From: Octopus sinensis
Taxonomy: Eukaryota
Reading direction: 5' to 3'
DNA length: 64,000 nucleotides
Assembly (NCBI RefSeq): GCF_006345805.1
Contig: NC_042998.1
Coordinates: 131,254,001 to 131,318,000 of the forward strand
Positions within the stretch are counted from its first letter, which is position 1. Every line of letters starts with the position of its first letter. Position numbers and translations under genes: made by a program. The notes under the pieces were generated by a model. The model did not search any database, had not been told where the DNA came from, and was given only the letters and a program-made list of their open reading frames with translations. Positions 25,520 to 39,964 of this stretch are shown in pieces.

Positions 25520-26269
25520 TGTTATTCCCCTTTAATCTTTCAAATATTCACCAGAGAAAACGTTTTCTTAAACACGAACACTTTCCTTGAATTGGAATTT
25601 AAACAATATAAATTAGATAGGTATGTATAAGCCTGTGTGTATATATGTGTGTATGCATAATTGATGATTTAATTTTTATGTCGAGAAAAAAAGTTAATAC
25701 GTTGAATGCGTTTAATGTATTGTATCTTTATGATAAAATCCTATCCATACCTATTTATATTCATATATACACAAGTGTGAATGTACACAGGCCTTATTGC
25801 TTGTATGGTGTATGTGTATGTATCAATACCCCGTTATGCTAATGACTGTTTTGCCTTATATTGAACTTGCACTAATGATCTTAATAAACGTTTATTCGAT
25901 ATCAACTATAGGAACTTTTAAAATATTGTTGGTTTAAAGACACACAAAGAAACGTTCCTGTGTTATTTCAAACCATTGAAGTGTAATCGTACTACTGTAT
26001 TAGCTCTGTTGTACAACTCACTGTCATTATTTCAAACACTCAAACACTGCAACCTATAATGTCATAAAATATGCAATTATTACGGGAAAACAACGTGAAA
26101 TCCGCTTCATATACAACACCATCCCTCTTACCCGCGCCTCTGTAATTTCTACATCACCAGTTTCACTACTAACAAATCACTTTTCTGCCACCATTACTAC
26201 CACTACCATCATCTCATTTACATCTATCATGAAAAACACTTTCCGAGTCTAATCGCGCACGGTGAGTGA

Positions 26270-27745
26270 AAATATGTGCTCTTCTTTGCTATCACATCTC
26301 ACGAATGGAATTTTTTCTTTGTTGAATAGTGACTGGTGACAAGAAACGGGTTCTCTAAAAAAATGTATAGCGCCGAAGACAGTGGGTAGAGGAAGGAGAA
26401 ACCCCAGCCTCCGAGGCTAAAAGGGTTTATCACTCACGTAAGGTGTTGTTATCTGTTTGGTTGGATATGAAAGTTTCAGTCCACTTTGAACTTTTAAAGC
26501 CAAACCAAACGATAAGAAAGGAGATCTACTGCGAGCAGCTTGAGTGGCTTAAGGCAGTGCTACAAGTAAAACAACCATCTTTGATCTCAAGATGAAAGGT
26601 GTTCTTCCATCAAGATAATGCTCAACCACATACAGCGAGGATGACATTCCAAAGGCTGGAGCAATTTGAATAGGAAACGATGCCCCAACTACCATATTCG
26701 CCGGACATTGCCTCATCTGATTACACTAAAGAACATAAAAAAAATTGTTGTCTTGCTTTGTACAATTAGTCCAACCTAATTTGTTTCTCTCACAACTGGC
26801 CATATATCTGAAATACAGAACATGTTCAAGCCAGTTGTCAGTTGGGAAAGCATTTTCAGAATAGTCAACAGTTATAAAGTAAGCAAATGCAGATTTGTGA
26901 TGGCAAAGTTCCATAAAGAGCATACATACCATGAAGTTCTTTTTACAGTTCTTCGACCATGCTTAACGAAAAGTGACCTTAACACATGTGACTTCACATT
27001 AATGGCACATTCAAAATGCCAATTTTCTTAAGAAACAGTTAAAAGTTCAACAAAACATGTCTCATCTAGTTTGCAGTGATAGTCACACAAAATTTAGAAA
27101 AGCGTGGGCATATCTGCAAATAAATTCCACAAATATGAGACGTATGGCGTGAAGGGCCATAAGAATATGTTGCTTCTTAACATCTAATTGCATAAAGGAC
27201 ATTTCTATCAACATCATGACATTTGAAACTGGTTAAGTTGAAAATAATGAAAGTTGCTCAAGTTTGATACTTTTTATTTACTAAAGATACTTAAATCAGA
27301 ACTTTTGTTTTCACTTTCCTAGTTGTATTTACTTTAAATGAGATTGAAAAACTGTTTTCAAAGTTATGCCAAGCTCCATACATAGTCAAATGTTTTCAAA
27401 GTTATGCCAAGCTCCATACATAGTCAGATGAAGTCAAATCTATCCTCAGAATGGAGACAATACCAGAAGTGTTGAATAAAGGACATCTCTATTTGTTAAA
27501 AATCTTGACGTGATAGAGCAAAATGGATTTTCTTTTTGAAATCAGCACCTTCGAATTAGTAGGAAACATTTCTCCAACATCAGACAACAGAAACCCTGTT
27601 CCCCAGTGTTATCATTTATTCTGCAGTCTTCAAAATCATTTGGACGGAAAAAATATGAATTCTGTAGACGAGGTCAGAACAGTACTGGAGAAGTATTTTT
27701 CGTCATGGACATGTGAATCTTGGAAGAGGGGCCTTGCAAGATTTC
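26270..27745 (+). mobile_element. Decayed mariner (D,D34D) transposase split by a nested insertion
   Basis: IVTGDK...RKVLLSVWLD...FHQDNAQPHTA...PYSPDIASSDY up to 26723, resuming HLFCSLQNHLDGK...WKRGL from 27609. Confidence 0.9.
26724..27608. mobile_element. 885-bp CMC-superfamily-like (CACTA/Chapaev) non-autonomous DNA transposon
   Basis: Ends CACTA...CAGTG, imperfect TIR (cactNNNgaaca...tgttgtct), 3-bp TSD TTA at 26721-26723 and 27609-27611. Excision restores the mariner SDYHLF reading frame. Confidence 0.75.
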
Positions 27746-27784
27746 GAAACGATATATCTCCATAAATAATCTTTTCAGCTGTCG

Positions 27785-28005
27785 GCACAAGGCTTGAACA
27801 TTTGGAAGAAAGTATTTGTCGATTATTCGGACCACATTGTTTGAGTGGTCCGAATAATCTATTTACCGAATAGCCTATTTACCGACCGCGGGATGAAAGT
27901 CAAGCACGACCTCGGCGAAATTTGAAATTCAGAGCTTAAAGATGGGCGAAATGCCGTTCAGTATTTTGCAGCTGCGTGCTCACGTATCTGACAGCTCACC
28001 GCCTT
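27785..28005 (-). mobile_element. Diverged SINE family 1 copy
   Basis: ggcacaaggc...gggatgaaagtcaagcacgacctcggcgaaatttgaaattcagagcttaaaga...gacagctcaccgcc. Confidence 0.7.
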
Positions 28006-28204
28006 AATATCTACATAAATATTGCAATATGGTTTGAGGAAAAGAAGTAATTTCTGTATACATGCCGATTTAGAAAATCATATGTATTCACATAGACGCA
28101 TAATAAAATTACATATAAGTATTCATACGAATAGAGATATATAGAATTACATTTTGATGCACTTTCAAGCAGGTATTTATGACTACAAGAAACCTATGTG
28201 CGTG

Positions 28205-28236
<32 letters not shown>

Positions 28237-28693
28237 TGTATGTATGTATGTATGTATGTATGTATGTATGTATGCATGCATGTATGCATGTATATGTATA
28301 TGTTTTGTTTTATGTATGTCTTCTCATGATTATAGTTGCATGTCTAGACATGCTCATACATATCTAAATGATAAACGTCTGGAAAGTTTTACAATTTTTT
28401 ACAGTTCCAATGATAGCTTAGATCTGTATTCTTCGAATCAGCTTTCTCATTTCTGGTTTTGAGAAGCCCACTTTCTCAAGATTGGTTCTTAGGCCGTGTG
28501 TTACATATTCCAGGGCCCCAATAATCACATGTATTAACCTGAACTTGTAATCTGAACAGAGTAACAGTAAATTTTTCAATAGTTCAGCGTAGGTATTTTC
28601 TTATTCGCTGAACTTTAGCTTTAAGTTAACATCTTTTGAGCAGTGTATGTATATATGTATACGTGTTTGTATGTATATATGTATGTTTGTATG

Positions 28694-28724
<31 letters not shown>

Positions 28725-29667
28725 TATGTATGTATGTATGTATGTATGTATGTATGTATGTATGTATGTATTATATCCTGAGTATGACTTTAATCTATGT
28801 TAGGTGGTGGCATCCTGGTTGGAAGGTCTAGTTTTGAGGAGTGTGGAATCACCTCTTCGCCCCTATTGCTCCCAAGGGTTATCTGACCCGGAATAGTAGC
28901 ACCTCTCAGGATCCCAGTTATGTGTTAACTAACATAAGATGCCATTGCCACTCAGCGTAGGGACGAATACCTGATTTTGGTTGGTGACAGGGCACACAGT
29001 AAAACCATCGGGCGTGAGCCGCTATAACAGCATCCTTCAACGAGAAGGACACCATAGTGTAAAATCTAGTTTCATGTGACTACTATTGACTTCACTTCGG
29101 CCAGTCACAAGGCACTAATCACTGCCCCTCAGAGAATGGTATTCATGCTGTACAAGCGTTTATCCAATGACACAGATGTCTCTTTATTACAACCATATTA
29201 TTTGTCATCTCATCTACTGAAATTCCTATAGCAATAGAAGAGTATGCAGGCTAACCCGTTGGAAGTACACATAACTTTCATTTGTCACGTATACTCCTAA
29301 CCATGCAGATTTGCAAAGAGACTGAGTAATCACCAGCTATGTTGTGGGTAGAATGTCAGAGATGCCATTGTCAACGAGGAAGCACAAGGAGACGGCAATC
29401 ATCTGTGAATATGGAGCAATCATTTGTATGTATAAATTAGATGACAGGACATCGGACGACCTTAAAAAACCCAGACAAAATGAAAGCTCTCGAAGACAAA
29501 GTGACTAAAAGACGCATGTAAAATATTCCTTCGTTTTATATGTGTGTGTATAACTTTTGATTGTATGCTTTGCATTATTCGGACATTTTGTATGCATCAC
29601 GAAATCTTTCGTCGTGTTTAAAATACTTTGTAGTTACGATACCCCTGTGACAAACAGCATAATCACT

Positions 29668-29753
<86 letters not shown>

Positions 29754-29832
29754 AAGTACAGAAACAGCAACAAATGCGTTGTCTACGATTAAATTCGTCT
29801 CTAAGCAGGACGTTTATTATATATATGTCTGT

Positions 29833-29875
<43 letters not shown>

Positions 29876-32197
29876 ATGTTGCAAAAATTTCAATATGAGA
29901 AGCAAAAAAAAAGCAAACAACAAAAGCAACTGTTTGTAAATGTAAATTGTTCCTTCCTTTACATCCTGTTCAGAAACAACTGCTGATAGGTAGACTGTTG
30001 CAGACAATGATAAAGTAAATGAATGAATAAATGAATGAATTCCGAAGAGGACAGAAAATATTAAAAACAAATACAGAAAATTAATTACCTTTTAACGTTA
30101 TTTAACCTGCCACTATTCCTCTTGGACTTATATTGTTTAATTAGGATAATTTTGTTGTTGCTGATTTTTATCCTTTCACAAGAGTTTCTTTTAAACGGTA
30201 ATTTGTTTTAAGCATATTTTTTGAATGACGTCTTTTGGGAATGTTTGCTTTTAATCTGATTAGTTTTTTATTGTTATTTTTTTCCCAAAGGTATCCACTC
30301 AATTTGACCATTCTATTTTAAGTAAACATGGAAACGCAGCTTATTCTCTCTTTTCTTCTGTAGCAGTTTTTTTTTCTTTAAAATAATATACAGCTCTTGT
30401 ATTTCCTTCCGAGATTTCATTTTTTTTAATGCTTTTCATTTTTGTTCGGATTGGGTGAGAGAGCTTTATATAACTAATACATGTTCGTGCATATATGTAG
30501 CTGTACATATATGCAACGACTACCTACATATATTTCAATAGTTCTCTCCTTTTTCTGTGTTTTTTTTTATAGCTGTTGCTATTGTGATGTTGGTAGTAGT
30601 TGTTGGTTGTCTTTAATGTTGTGGATGTTGCTGTTGAGATAGTAATGTTGGTGTCGGAATAGAAGATACTGATCGTTCTATATTTATTATACTTTATTGT
30701 TTTGTGAGTGGCTCGATTGTATTATATATATAAGGCATCTAATTGATACAGGTATTTTTTAAATGTCTACAGTAACTACGACTGCAACAACAACGCCAAA
30801 AACATCATCGGCGGACATTATATCATTGTCAACAGCAGCAATTTGAATAACAACAACACTCATATCAACAACAAAACACCATCTTCATCATTATTATAAA
30901 ACGTATATGTGAACAAGAAATCAAAACTATTGTCAGTAATTATCTATAGCAGGCCTTAACCTAAACACGTACTTACATGTTATGCTAGTAAATGTCTCTC
31001 TGTACAGGTGAACTGAGTTCTAATTCCATGTGAATATGTTACATTTTCAATAATAACAAATAGCTGCCCAGTTTAAAAAAACGAAACACCATAGCATGAG
31101 GTTTATGTTTAATGATGGAACTTCTTGAAATTATGACTGATTATGTAGAATAAAGAGCAAGCAGTCGAAATGGTGATGGTTCGTGCATATTTTGTGTTTT
31201 TTTTTTTTTTGTTTTTTGTTTCACTTCTTTCTCCGAACTGATTTCTACTGCTTCGTTAATCTTTCCTTCCAGCACCAAAGGCATCAGCTCTTTTCCCAGT
31301 CTCTCCCTTTCTTCAGCCTCTGCAGATGCAAATATGGTTTGAAACCCAGGCTCATCGAATGACCAATCTATTCATTCGATGCAGTGACCCTCACAACTTT
31401 TCCAAACTGTTTATTCTCGAAAACACTTGTCAATGCCTGCTGACTGTACCTCAGGTTCGCAGAATACTTCAGGGACATTTGACTTGGTTAAGAGCTTAAG
31501 AGCAGCGTGTGTCTCGTTAATTCTGCTCCACTAATCACCCAACGCAACAAACCTCAATATTTGGCATGTTTGTCTGTATATAGTGAGTGCTTCTTTTTAT
31601 TTTTCTGTGCAATGTCACATTGACCAAGATAACGTGAACTGATATCTCCCCTATCATTTTGAAAGATTCAAAACGCGGTTGTGTGTGTGTGTGTGTTTGT
31701 GTGTGTGTATGTGTGTGTGTGTGTGTGTGCGTGTGTGTGTTTGCGTGTGTGCGCATGTATATATGTATAAAACAGAAGGAATTGCTTTCAAAATTTTTTA
31801 TCATAGATATTTATCAACACATGCTACTGATTTCAATCGTTTTATATTATCATTTAATCAATCAGTGAGAAAATGGGAAATAAATTGAAATATATTAAAG
31901 TTAAGCATTCATCATACCATTTTTGGAACCTCACCTGAAATGTAAATCAGATTTATTTCCCTTTCACTTACAGCATAACAAATTGTTTTTGAGAACGATT
32001 GAAACGGGTTGCATACTTTGATAAAAATAAATCTCTACATTCTTTTTATTTCTTTCATCCAAAATAAAGTTCTGGAAACATTTTTTATTTTTATTTTTTA
32101 CTATAAATCTACTTGTGTAGAAACTCTATCACTTCTCCCTCACTCTCCCATTTTCTCTCACTCTCTCTCCCTCTCTCTTACTACATATACATATATA

Positions 32198-32386
32198 TTT
32201 CTTTATTGCCCAGAAGGGGCTAAACATAGAGGGGACAAACAAGGACAGACAAAGGGATTAAGTCGATTACATGGGTAAGTGCGAAACTGGTACTTTATTT
32301 ATCGACCCCGAAAGGATGAAAGGTAAAGTCGATCTCGGTGGAATTTGAACTCAGAACGTAACGACAGACGAAATACCGCTAAGCAT
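32198..32386 (-). mobile_element. SINE family 1, head-truncated, tail type B
   Basis: Near-identical to 23641-23820; tttattgcccagaaggggctaaacatagaggggacaaacaagg. Confidence 0.9.
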
Positions 32387-32424
32387 ATATATATATATAT
32401 ATACATATATACATACATATATAT

Positions 32425-32715
32425 GTGTGTGTGTGTGCATACGCACACGTATATTTAGATGTATATTATGTAACATGGTATATATATTTATACAGATTCT
32501 CAGATATGTTTATGTATGTACATATATATATATATATGTACGTACATATATATATTATATATATATATATACATATATACATACATATATATGTTGTGTG
32601 TGTGCATACGCACACGTATATTTAGATGTATATTATGTAACATGGTATATATATTTATACAGATTCTCAGATATGTTTATGTATGTACATATATATATAT
32701 ATATGTACGTACATA
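32425..32715. repeat. Tandem duplication, period 167 bp
   Basis: gcatacgcacacgtatatttagatgtatattatgtaacatgg...cagattctcagatatg starts at 32437 and 32604. Confidence 0.9.
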
Positions 32716-35155
32716 TATATATATATATATATGTACGTACATATATATATATATATATGTATGTATGTATGTATGTAAGTATGTGTATATGTATATGTAT
32801 ATACATATATATGGACTTGTGTGTGAGTATGAGTGAATATTTATTCTTAGATAAATGCGGTAAAATTTGTACATAGATAATAACATGTAAAGCGTGTAAC
32901 AGCAAAATGTAAACGTACGTAAACAGATGATAACTCAATTTTTATTTCTGCTCAGATTGATCACATTAGAAATAATGAAGGAAACCCGAATTAGCCTAGA
33001 ACAAACGAACTTTTGTATACAATTACTGCTACTGAAAGTTTGAAAACGCAACCGAATTACGATGACAGTTTAAGAGGGATTTTCATATAGATCCAACTAC
33101 ACGACTTGCCGTTACTACAATTAGGGATCAATTTGAAGCAGACAGAACTGTTCAAAATATCCACAAAAATTGTTTGAAAAGTATTTCCAAAGTTTTAGAA
33201 AATTTGTACAGCAAGAGACACGTGTGTTAATAATTTTAAAATTAAGCTCTATGTGATGTCATTGCAAAGGTTACATTCTAGGAATATTTTCTATGTTCAC
33301 CAGACCGTACATCTCTAGTAATTTTTTATGGGGATATTTGAAAGATAAAACTTACTCTACAAAACTTGGCAAGATTCACTGAACTGAGGGCAACCATTGA
33401 ATGAGAATGCGCACAACTACTAAGGAAAATGTTTTCAATGCTTGCGATTCCGTTACTTCACATTATCATCATTGCCTGGGCCAGGACGTCTATCAGATTG
33501 AAAACAAGTGTTCATAGAATAATTAAGTTCTGCCTGTCGATTCTATTGGATTGCTTTTCTTTCTTCTTTCGTGGGATGGCGTTTCGTGAGAAGTTGACGC
33601 ATTTTGTATCGTTACTCGGATCTTCTCGGTAACGATCATTCAGAAATTGATTTATATCTGTGTGTGTACGCGCGCGCATCTGGTGGATGCGAGTATGTTT
33701 ATTTGAGAGTGTGTTTGGGTGTTGGTTTGTATGTTGCTTTGCCGCTATTCACACCATTCCCACTAATTCCTAGTGAGGCAGGATGTAATGATGTCGATGT
33801 TAGCTTAAGCGGTGTTAGTGGGGATGATGATGATGATGATGGTGATGATGATGGTGATGATGATGATGATGGTAATGATGATTATTATTATTTTTATTAT
33901 TAATATTTTGACAATATTAAATTTTATACTAAACTTTTTAAAATGTCATGACGTTATAATTATTTATATATACTCGTTCATTTATGTATTTTTCCGGTCC
34001 AAAGACTCCCTTGGGCAATGACTTGCTCTATTGCTTTTGCCACCCACTGATAATCTTCTTCCTATTCCTGACACTCATTTGAACTGACGTAATGTAGATA
34101 AACAGTTATATGGGTGAAGGCATATCGAATGCTTCAAAAAAGAAATAAAAACACAGCTATGATTATATATTCGCCAAAACATTTTAATATTTATTACTGT
34201 TTTGTCCCATAACATCCTTAGGAAAAACGTTCCAACTTCGGTTGTCAAATGGTGTTCTTAGCCATAGTAAATCTTGGTTCATGCAGCATTATACAAAGTC
34301 TTTTATTTTTTGTAAATCGGTATAGTGTGAATTGGAGGAGATTTCGAAAATATTTCCTGCTTGTGACTACGTTGAAGCCCAATCATTAGCTCGATAAATT
34401 ATCACAAATTTCGTTGTGTTTTCGTGTGTCTGTAATTCTTCAATGAAGCGCAGACTATTACGATAGAGTATTAGCAATCAAACTGTAAATTAAGTTGAAA
34501 TTGTATTATCCATAAATAATATGTTGACGCTGAGCTAAATAAAAATTGAGACGCCATCTACATAATTAGCATTTAAATATTTGAAGGCATAATTGCGATT
34601 GTAAACATTAAAAAGCCGAAAGCAAGATCAAGTATATAGTTAAATGTATAATATTAATTGATGACTAGCATTAATTTTTACCTCAATAATTATCGGAGAC
34701 AGTTTTTAAAGTCTTTTTTTTCCCCCTTTGGTTCTCTGAAGCTATGTCTTCCCGTATTTAACTACTAATTATCATAGGAAGGCATTCTGGTAATAATTTA
34801 TTTTACATCAATTCCCTGCCCTACTTTTATTAATATACAAACTCAGCATCCTTATTCAGCATTTATACGGAAGAACGCATTTTGTTAAAGACGACCAAAA
34901 TTAACTATTTTACGATAATTTCTATATTCTATCACCTTATTCAACCATTCTAGTTGAATAAGACAATAGGCGAAACTTTAAGCCCTGGCCGACTCGAATG
35001 TTACTGTATGTATGATTTTACACCCAGAATGAAATCACCTCTAGCTGCAAATATCATGGTGTTATTCTTCAAGTAAATTAAATAGCTTTAACAAAAAGAA
35101 CCACATTTTAAAGTTTACAAATATGTATACAAACACACACAACACACACTGTCTG

Positions 35156-35193
<38 letters not shown>

Positions 35194-36775
35194 GTATTTT
35201 GAAAGTGATGTAAAATTGATCACTTCTTGCTTCAAATGAACGTGTATGATATGTGAGAATTGTTTTAAAAGTGTTTCATATCTGTTTTTATCGTCCAATC
35301 TAATTTTCCCAGTTCTACTCTCTATCACCTTTTTTGTGAGTGACAGATTTTCTGTTTAAAGAGCATTAAGTGTTTCTATAATTATATTAACATTAGATGT
35401 ATAGCGTTTAAAGATTTTTGTCTATATTTGTACCCCATACATAACGATAGCTTACATTAACAAGATTTTTAGTTACCAATTTGTGATATCTGCGTTCAGT
35501 GAAAAAGTACACCTTAAGGCCATAAATTTGATTCATTCATTCATACATTTAAAATATAATAATAATCTACCTATATAAAAGAGGAAAAAAACTTGACACT
35601 TTGGCTTTGGTTCAATGGCACTAGACGTTCTAGAATCGAGCTGAAAATTGACAGGGATACTAAATGCGTGATGAGGATCCGACCTGCGATCTATAAAGAT
35701 GTGGTTGCTATGGCAAAGAGATTGAAAATTCATCGTATTTCAACGGACTTTGACAAGTGTTGATTGTTTCTCTCTAATGGTTATCACCCTTTCTTCTTCC
35801 ATCTCTCTCTTTGTCCCTTCCCTCCTATTTATCTTTATTATGGCTTTTCACAGCTTCTACTCACTCTCTTTCCCTCTCCGTATTCGCTGTGTCTCTGTCG
35901 CTCTTTCTCCCCAGCCTCTCACTCTCTCTATGGCAAACTTTTCTAATGGAATCTCCCCGCCAACATACATAACTCCTCTCTCTTTTTCTCTGTTACATTT
36001 TCTCTCACTGTAACAAGTGAATAACAAAATTTCAGTTAACTCTCTCGTCCATATCGCATACCCCATCAAACACACACACACACACACCACACTCTCTCTC
36101 TCTCTCTCTCTTCCTAACTCACACACACATGCACGCCCCTTGACCAGGACGGAAGAGATCAATCACTTTCACGACTTCAAAAGATCCGCTTTCTACCCCT
36201 CCAGAGATAAATACAAACCACCACGTGCTGACTGCAAAAATCCCGCCAAATTAGCCAGAAAACACACATACACTCACACACACGTCCATTTCATATATCT
36301 TCTTTCAATTTCGGCTCTCTCATTACTCAGATGTCCAATACAATAGCTCTCACCTACATTTTCTTCTCTAAAAAGGTACGTGTCTATTTTTTCTATAAGC
36401 ATATAACAATGACTTCTTCCATACTTCTCCACTTTACCTTTGGCTGCTATTTCTACCACGTCAACCTACCATGTAGACGTCTAAACATCATTTTCATTCA
36501 CACACTTGCATTTCAAAGATTTCAAATAAGCTTTTCCATAAATCAACTATCGTAGAAATTTTCTATGACCTCACATTTTCTATGTATGTGTGTATATCTT
36601 AAAAGACCTGATTAGACAGAGGTCCAATAGAATGGTTCTCAGAAACAGCCTACGTACAAATTCTTTCTTCACAACTACAGCAGCTGTTTTCTGCGAAGAT
36701 ATTTTCACTTCACTCACTCTATCTCTCTTTCTCACCCTCTTTGTCTCTCACATACACACGCGCAAGCACGCACGC

Positions 36776-36856
<81 letters not shown>

Positions 36857-36918
36857 CGGTTAAATTTTGAATAATCCGTAACAAGATAATTCATTTATCC
36901 ATTTCATTAAAAAAAAAA

Positions 36919-36970
<52 letters not shown>

Positions 36971-37334
36971 TCCATTTCACATATCTTCTTTCAATTTCTG
37001 CCATCTGAAAATAAAAGTTTTATGGATACAACTACTTACGAAAATAGGGATTAATGTATAATTTCTTTCTATGTTCATAATTAAATAAATGTTTTAGTGA
37101 TTAGACAGAGGTCCAATACAATAGCTCTCAGAAACAGACTATGTACAAATTCTTTCTTCACAACTCCTGAAGCTGTATTTTTACGGGGGGGTGGAGAACT
37201 TGCCATACAGCTGGAGGCTCCAATCAAAACAGGGAAACCGAAATGATAAAGTTGAGAAATGCCTTTATAGATTATGCCTAACCGAAAACGATCACAGTCA
37301 CATCATTCAAACAGACTGGGTGAAACCGGGCTTA

Positions 37335-38296
37335 TCTATATATATATAAAACTGAGAATGTGTGTCTGTCTGTCTGTCTGTGTGAATCCCTAAAACTTGA
37401 GAACTACACAACCAATTTCATTCTAAATTTTACACATGCCTTCCTTAGAGTCCATGTAGTATCATGGGCAAAAATAATTTTTAACATTTTGCCTAGAGCA
37501 AGCCCACAGCAATATTATATCTTCTCCACACCACTAGTTTTAAATTCATATTAATCAAATTAATATTCAATTTTTCACCCTTATTATTTTAAATTTAAGT
37601 TTACATGTATATATATATATACACATATATATAGATGTATACATATAGATGTATATATATATATATACATATATACATATACATCTATATATATATATAT
37701 ATATATATATATGCATCTATATATATACATGTATGTATATATATATATACATGTATGTATATATATATATATATATACATCCATATATATACATGTATAT
37801 ATATATATACATCTATATATATATATATATATATATATATAGATGTATATATATATAGATGTATACATACATGTATATATATATAGATGTATATGTATAG
37901 CTCTATATGTATATATGTATATGTATACATGTATTTCTATAGATATAGATGTATATTTATACATGTATGTGTAGATGTGTGTTTATATATATATATGTAC
38001 ATGTAATATGTACACATATATACACCCATGCACACATACATAAGTGCAGGTGTGGCTGTGTGGTAACAAATTTGGTTCCAAAACACATGATCCTCAGTTC
38101 AGTCCCACTGTGTGGTAACTTGGTGTGTGTTTTCTGCTATACCTGTATGTCTGTCTCTCTGTCTGTGTGAATCCCTAAAACTTGAGAACTACACAACCAA
38201 TTTCATTTAAATTTACAATGCATAATTTTTAATTTTCAAAAATTCCAATTCTAAAGGGTCGAAACAAACTTGAGCAACGCCGGGCGATACTGCTAG
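37335..38296 (+). mobile_element. Composite non-autonomous Helitron(s)
   Basis: A|TC at 37335. The 3' end gagcaacgccgggcgatactgCTAG|T (38293-38296) is identical to that of the 22721-23113 element. The 5' block gtctgtgtgaatccctaaaacttgagaactacacaaccaatttcatt occurs twice (about 37375 and 38160). Confidence 0.65.
38043..38140 (+). mobile_element. SINE family 2 tRNA-like head
   Basis: gtgcaggtgtggctgtgtggtaa...cagttcagtcccactgtgtggtaacttgg, with A-box and B-box-like motifs. Confidence 0.6.
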
Positions 38297-38529
38297 TTAT
38301 AAAATATAAGAATAATTATAGAATAATAATAATATATATATGTACGTTTTGAATTATCTAATTTTCCCTGTATTGCATTTTCCCTAAAAATATAATATTT
38401 ACATATTTGCACGTATGTGTTTACACAAATCGCTTTTTACCCATACAGACATTTTCCGTGTATATATATACTCGAGAATGTTCGAGTATGTGTTTGTGAG
38501 ACTGTAGCTACACATTCCTACTCTCTCTA

Positions 38530-38583
<54 letters not shown>

Positions 38584-39303
38584 ACTCACACACAAGCACA
38601 ATCACACACAAAAAAAACACACAAACACAAACAGGTGTATTATAATAAACGTTTTAAAGCATGTTAAACAGGGTCCTTACATACAGAGAACGATTCGCCG
38701 CTCTACGTACGAATCAAAGAGTTTGGGACGCTGATGGGACGGATGCGGCAGAATACATACTTAAGGAATTGTCCGAAGTCTATTTTCAATCTTTGGCATG
38801 CAAGGGAGAAAAAAATTGGAATGACAGTTCAGGTCTATATAGATACCAATAAACTCTTCTCCAAATTCTTATATTACAAGGGTATAGACTATTAGTTTGG
38901 TAACTAAAAGTCTGCGATTGTGCAGCAACCTCCCGAATGGTTTATTATACGTAAATAGACGTTCCATTCCGATTTTAAGAGCTATCTAGATGCATTTATG
39001 TTTAGAGTTCCATATCAGTCATAAGCAAACAAAAGATTCAGTCAACGCAATGTCGATCCATAAATTCATTGATCCACCATCAAAAGATAACACGAGTATT
39101 GAAACACACCCTGTATATACATTAGGCCCTGGGTATAATCGAGACGACACATAATGAGTAGGATATTGACCTCCTGTATATTCTTGGCTTTAATGGGTAA
39201 AATAAATTATATAACGAAAAATGGACAAACTATACGTATATCAGTATATATTCACTTTACACGTATCTGTCTATGTATCTATCCATCCATCCATCTATCT
39301 ATT

Positions 39304-39334
<31 letters not shown>

Positions 39335-39440
39335 ATATCTATCTATCTATCTATATAATATCTATATCTATATATATATATATATATATCTATATATATA
39401 TATATATATATATATACATAGATATATATCAATCTATCTG

Positions 39441-39526
<86 letters not shown>

Positions 39527-39540
39527 ATATATATAATATA

Positions 39541-39602
<62 letters not shown>

Positions 39603-39787
39603 CATATAGACAGATAGATAGGTCGATAGATAGATAGACGGTCAGAAAGAAAGATAGACAGACAGACACATAGATAGATTAACCGATCGATTCATATTCT
39701 AATATATTGTGCGCAAGAGTACTTGTCTATCTGTGTGTATGTTTGCGTATGTATGCCTCTTTGTGTCTATATGTGTACATATATATA

Positions 39788-39839
<52 letters not shown>

Positions 39840-39898
39840 ATTGCATGCATATATATATATATATACATATATATATATTTATTTGTATGCATACAAAT

Positions 39899-39964
<66 letters not shown>

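Noticed and set aside
28780-29540. Possible RTE-type LINE 5' region or endonuclease remnant
   Set aside because: Only vague motif resemblance; no convincing translated motif.
33429-33632. 67-aa ORF in unique sequence as a host exon
   Set aside because: No recognisable domain, no supported splice sites, and a length expected by chance.
39105-39120. Tc1-like end acaccctgtata
   Set aside because: No partner inverted end nearby.
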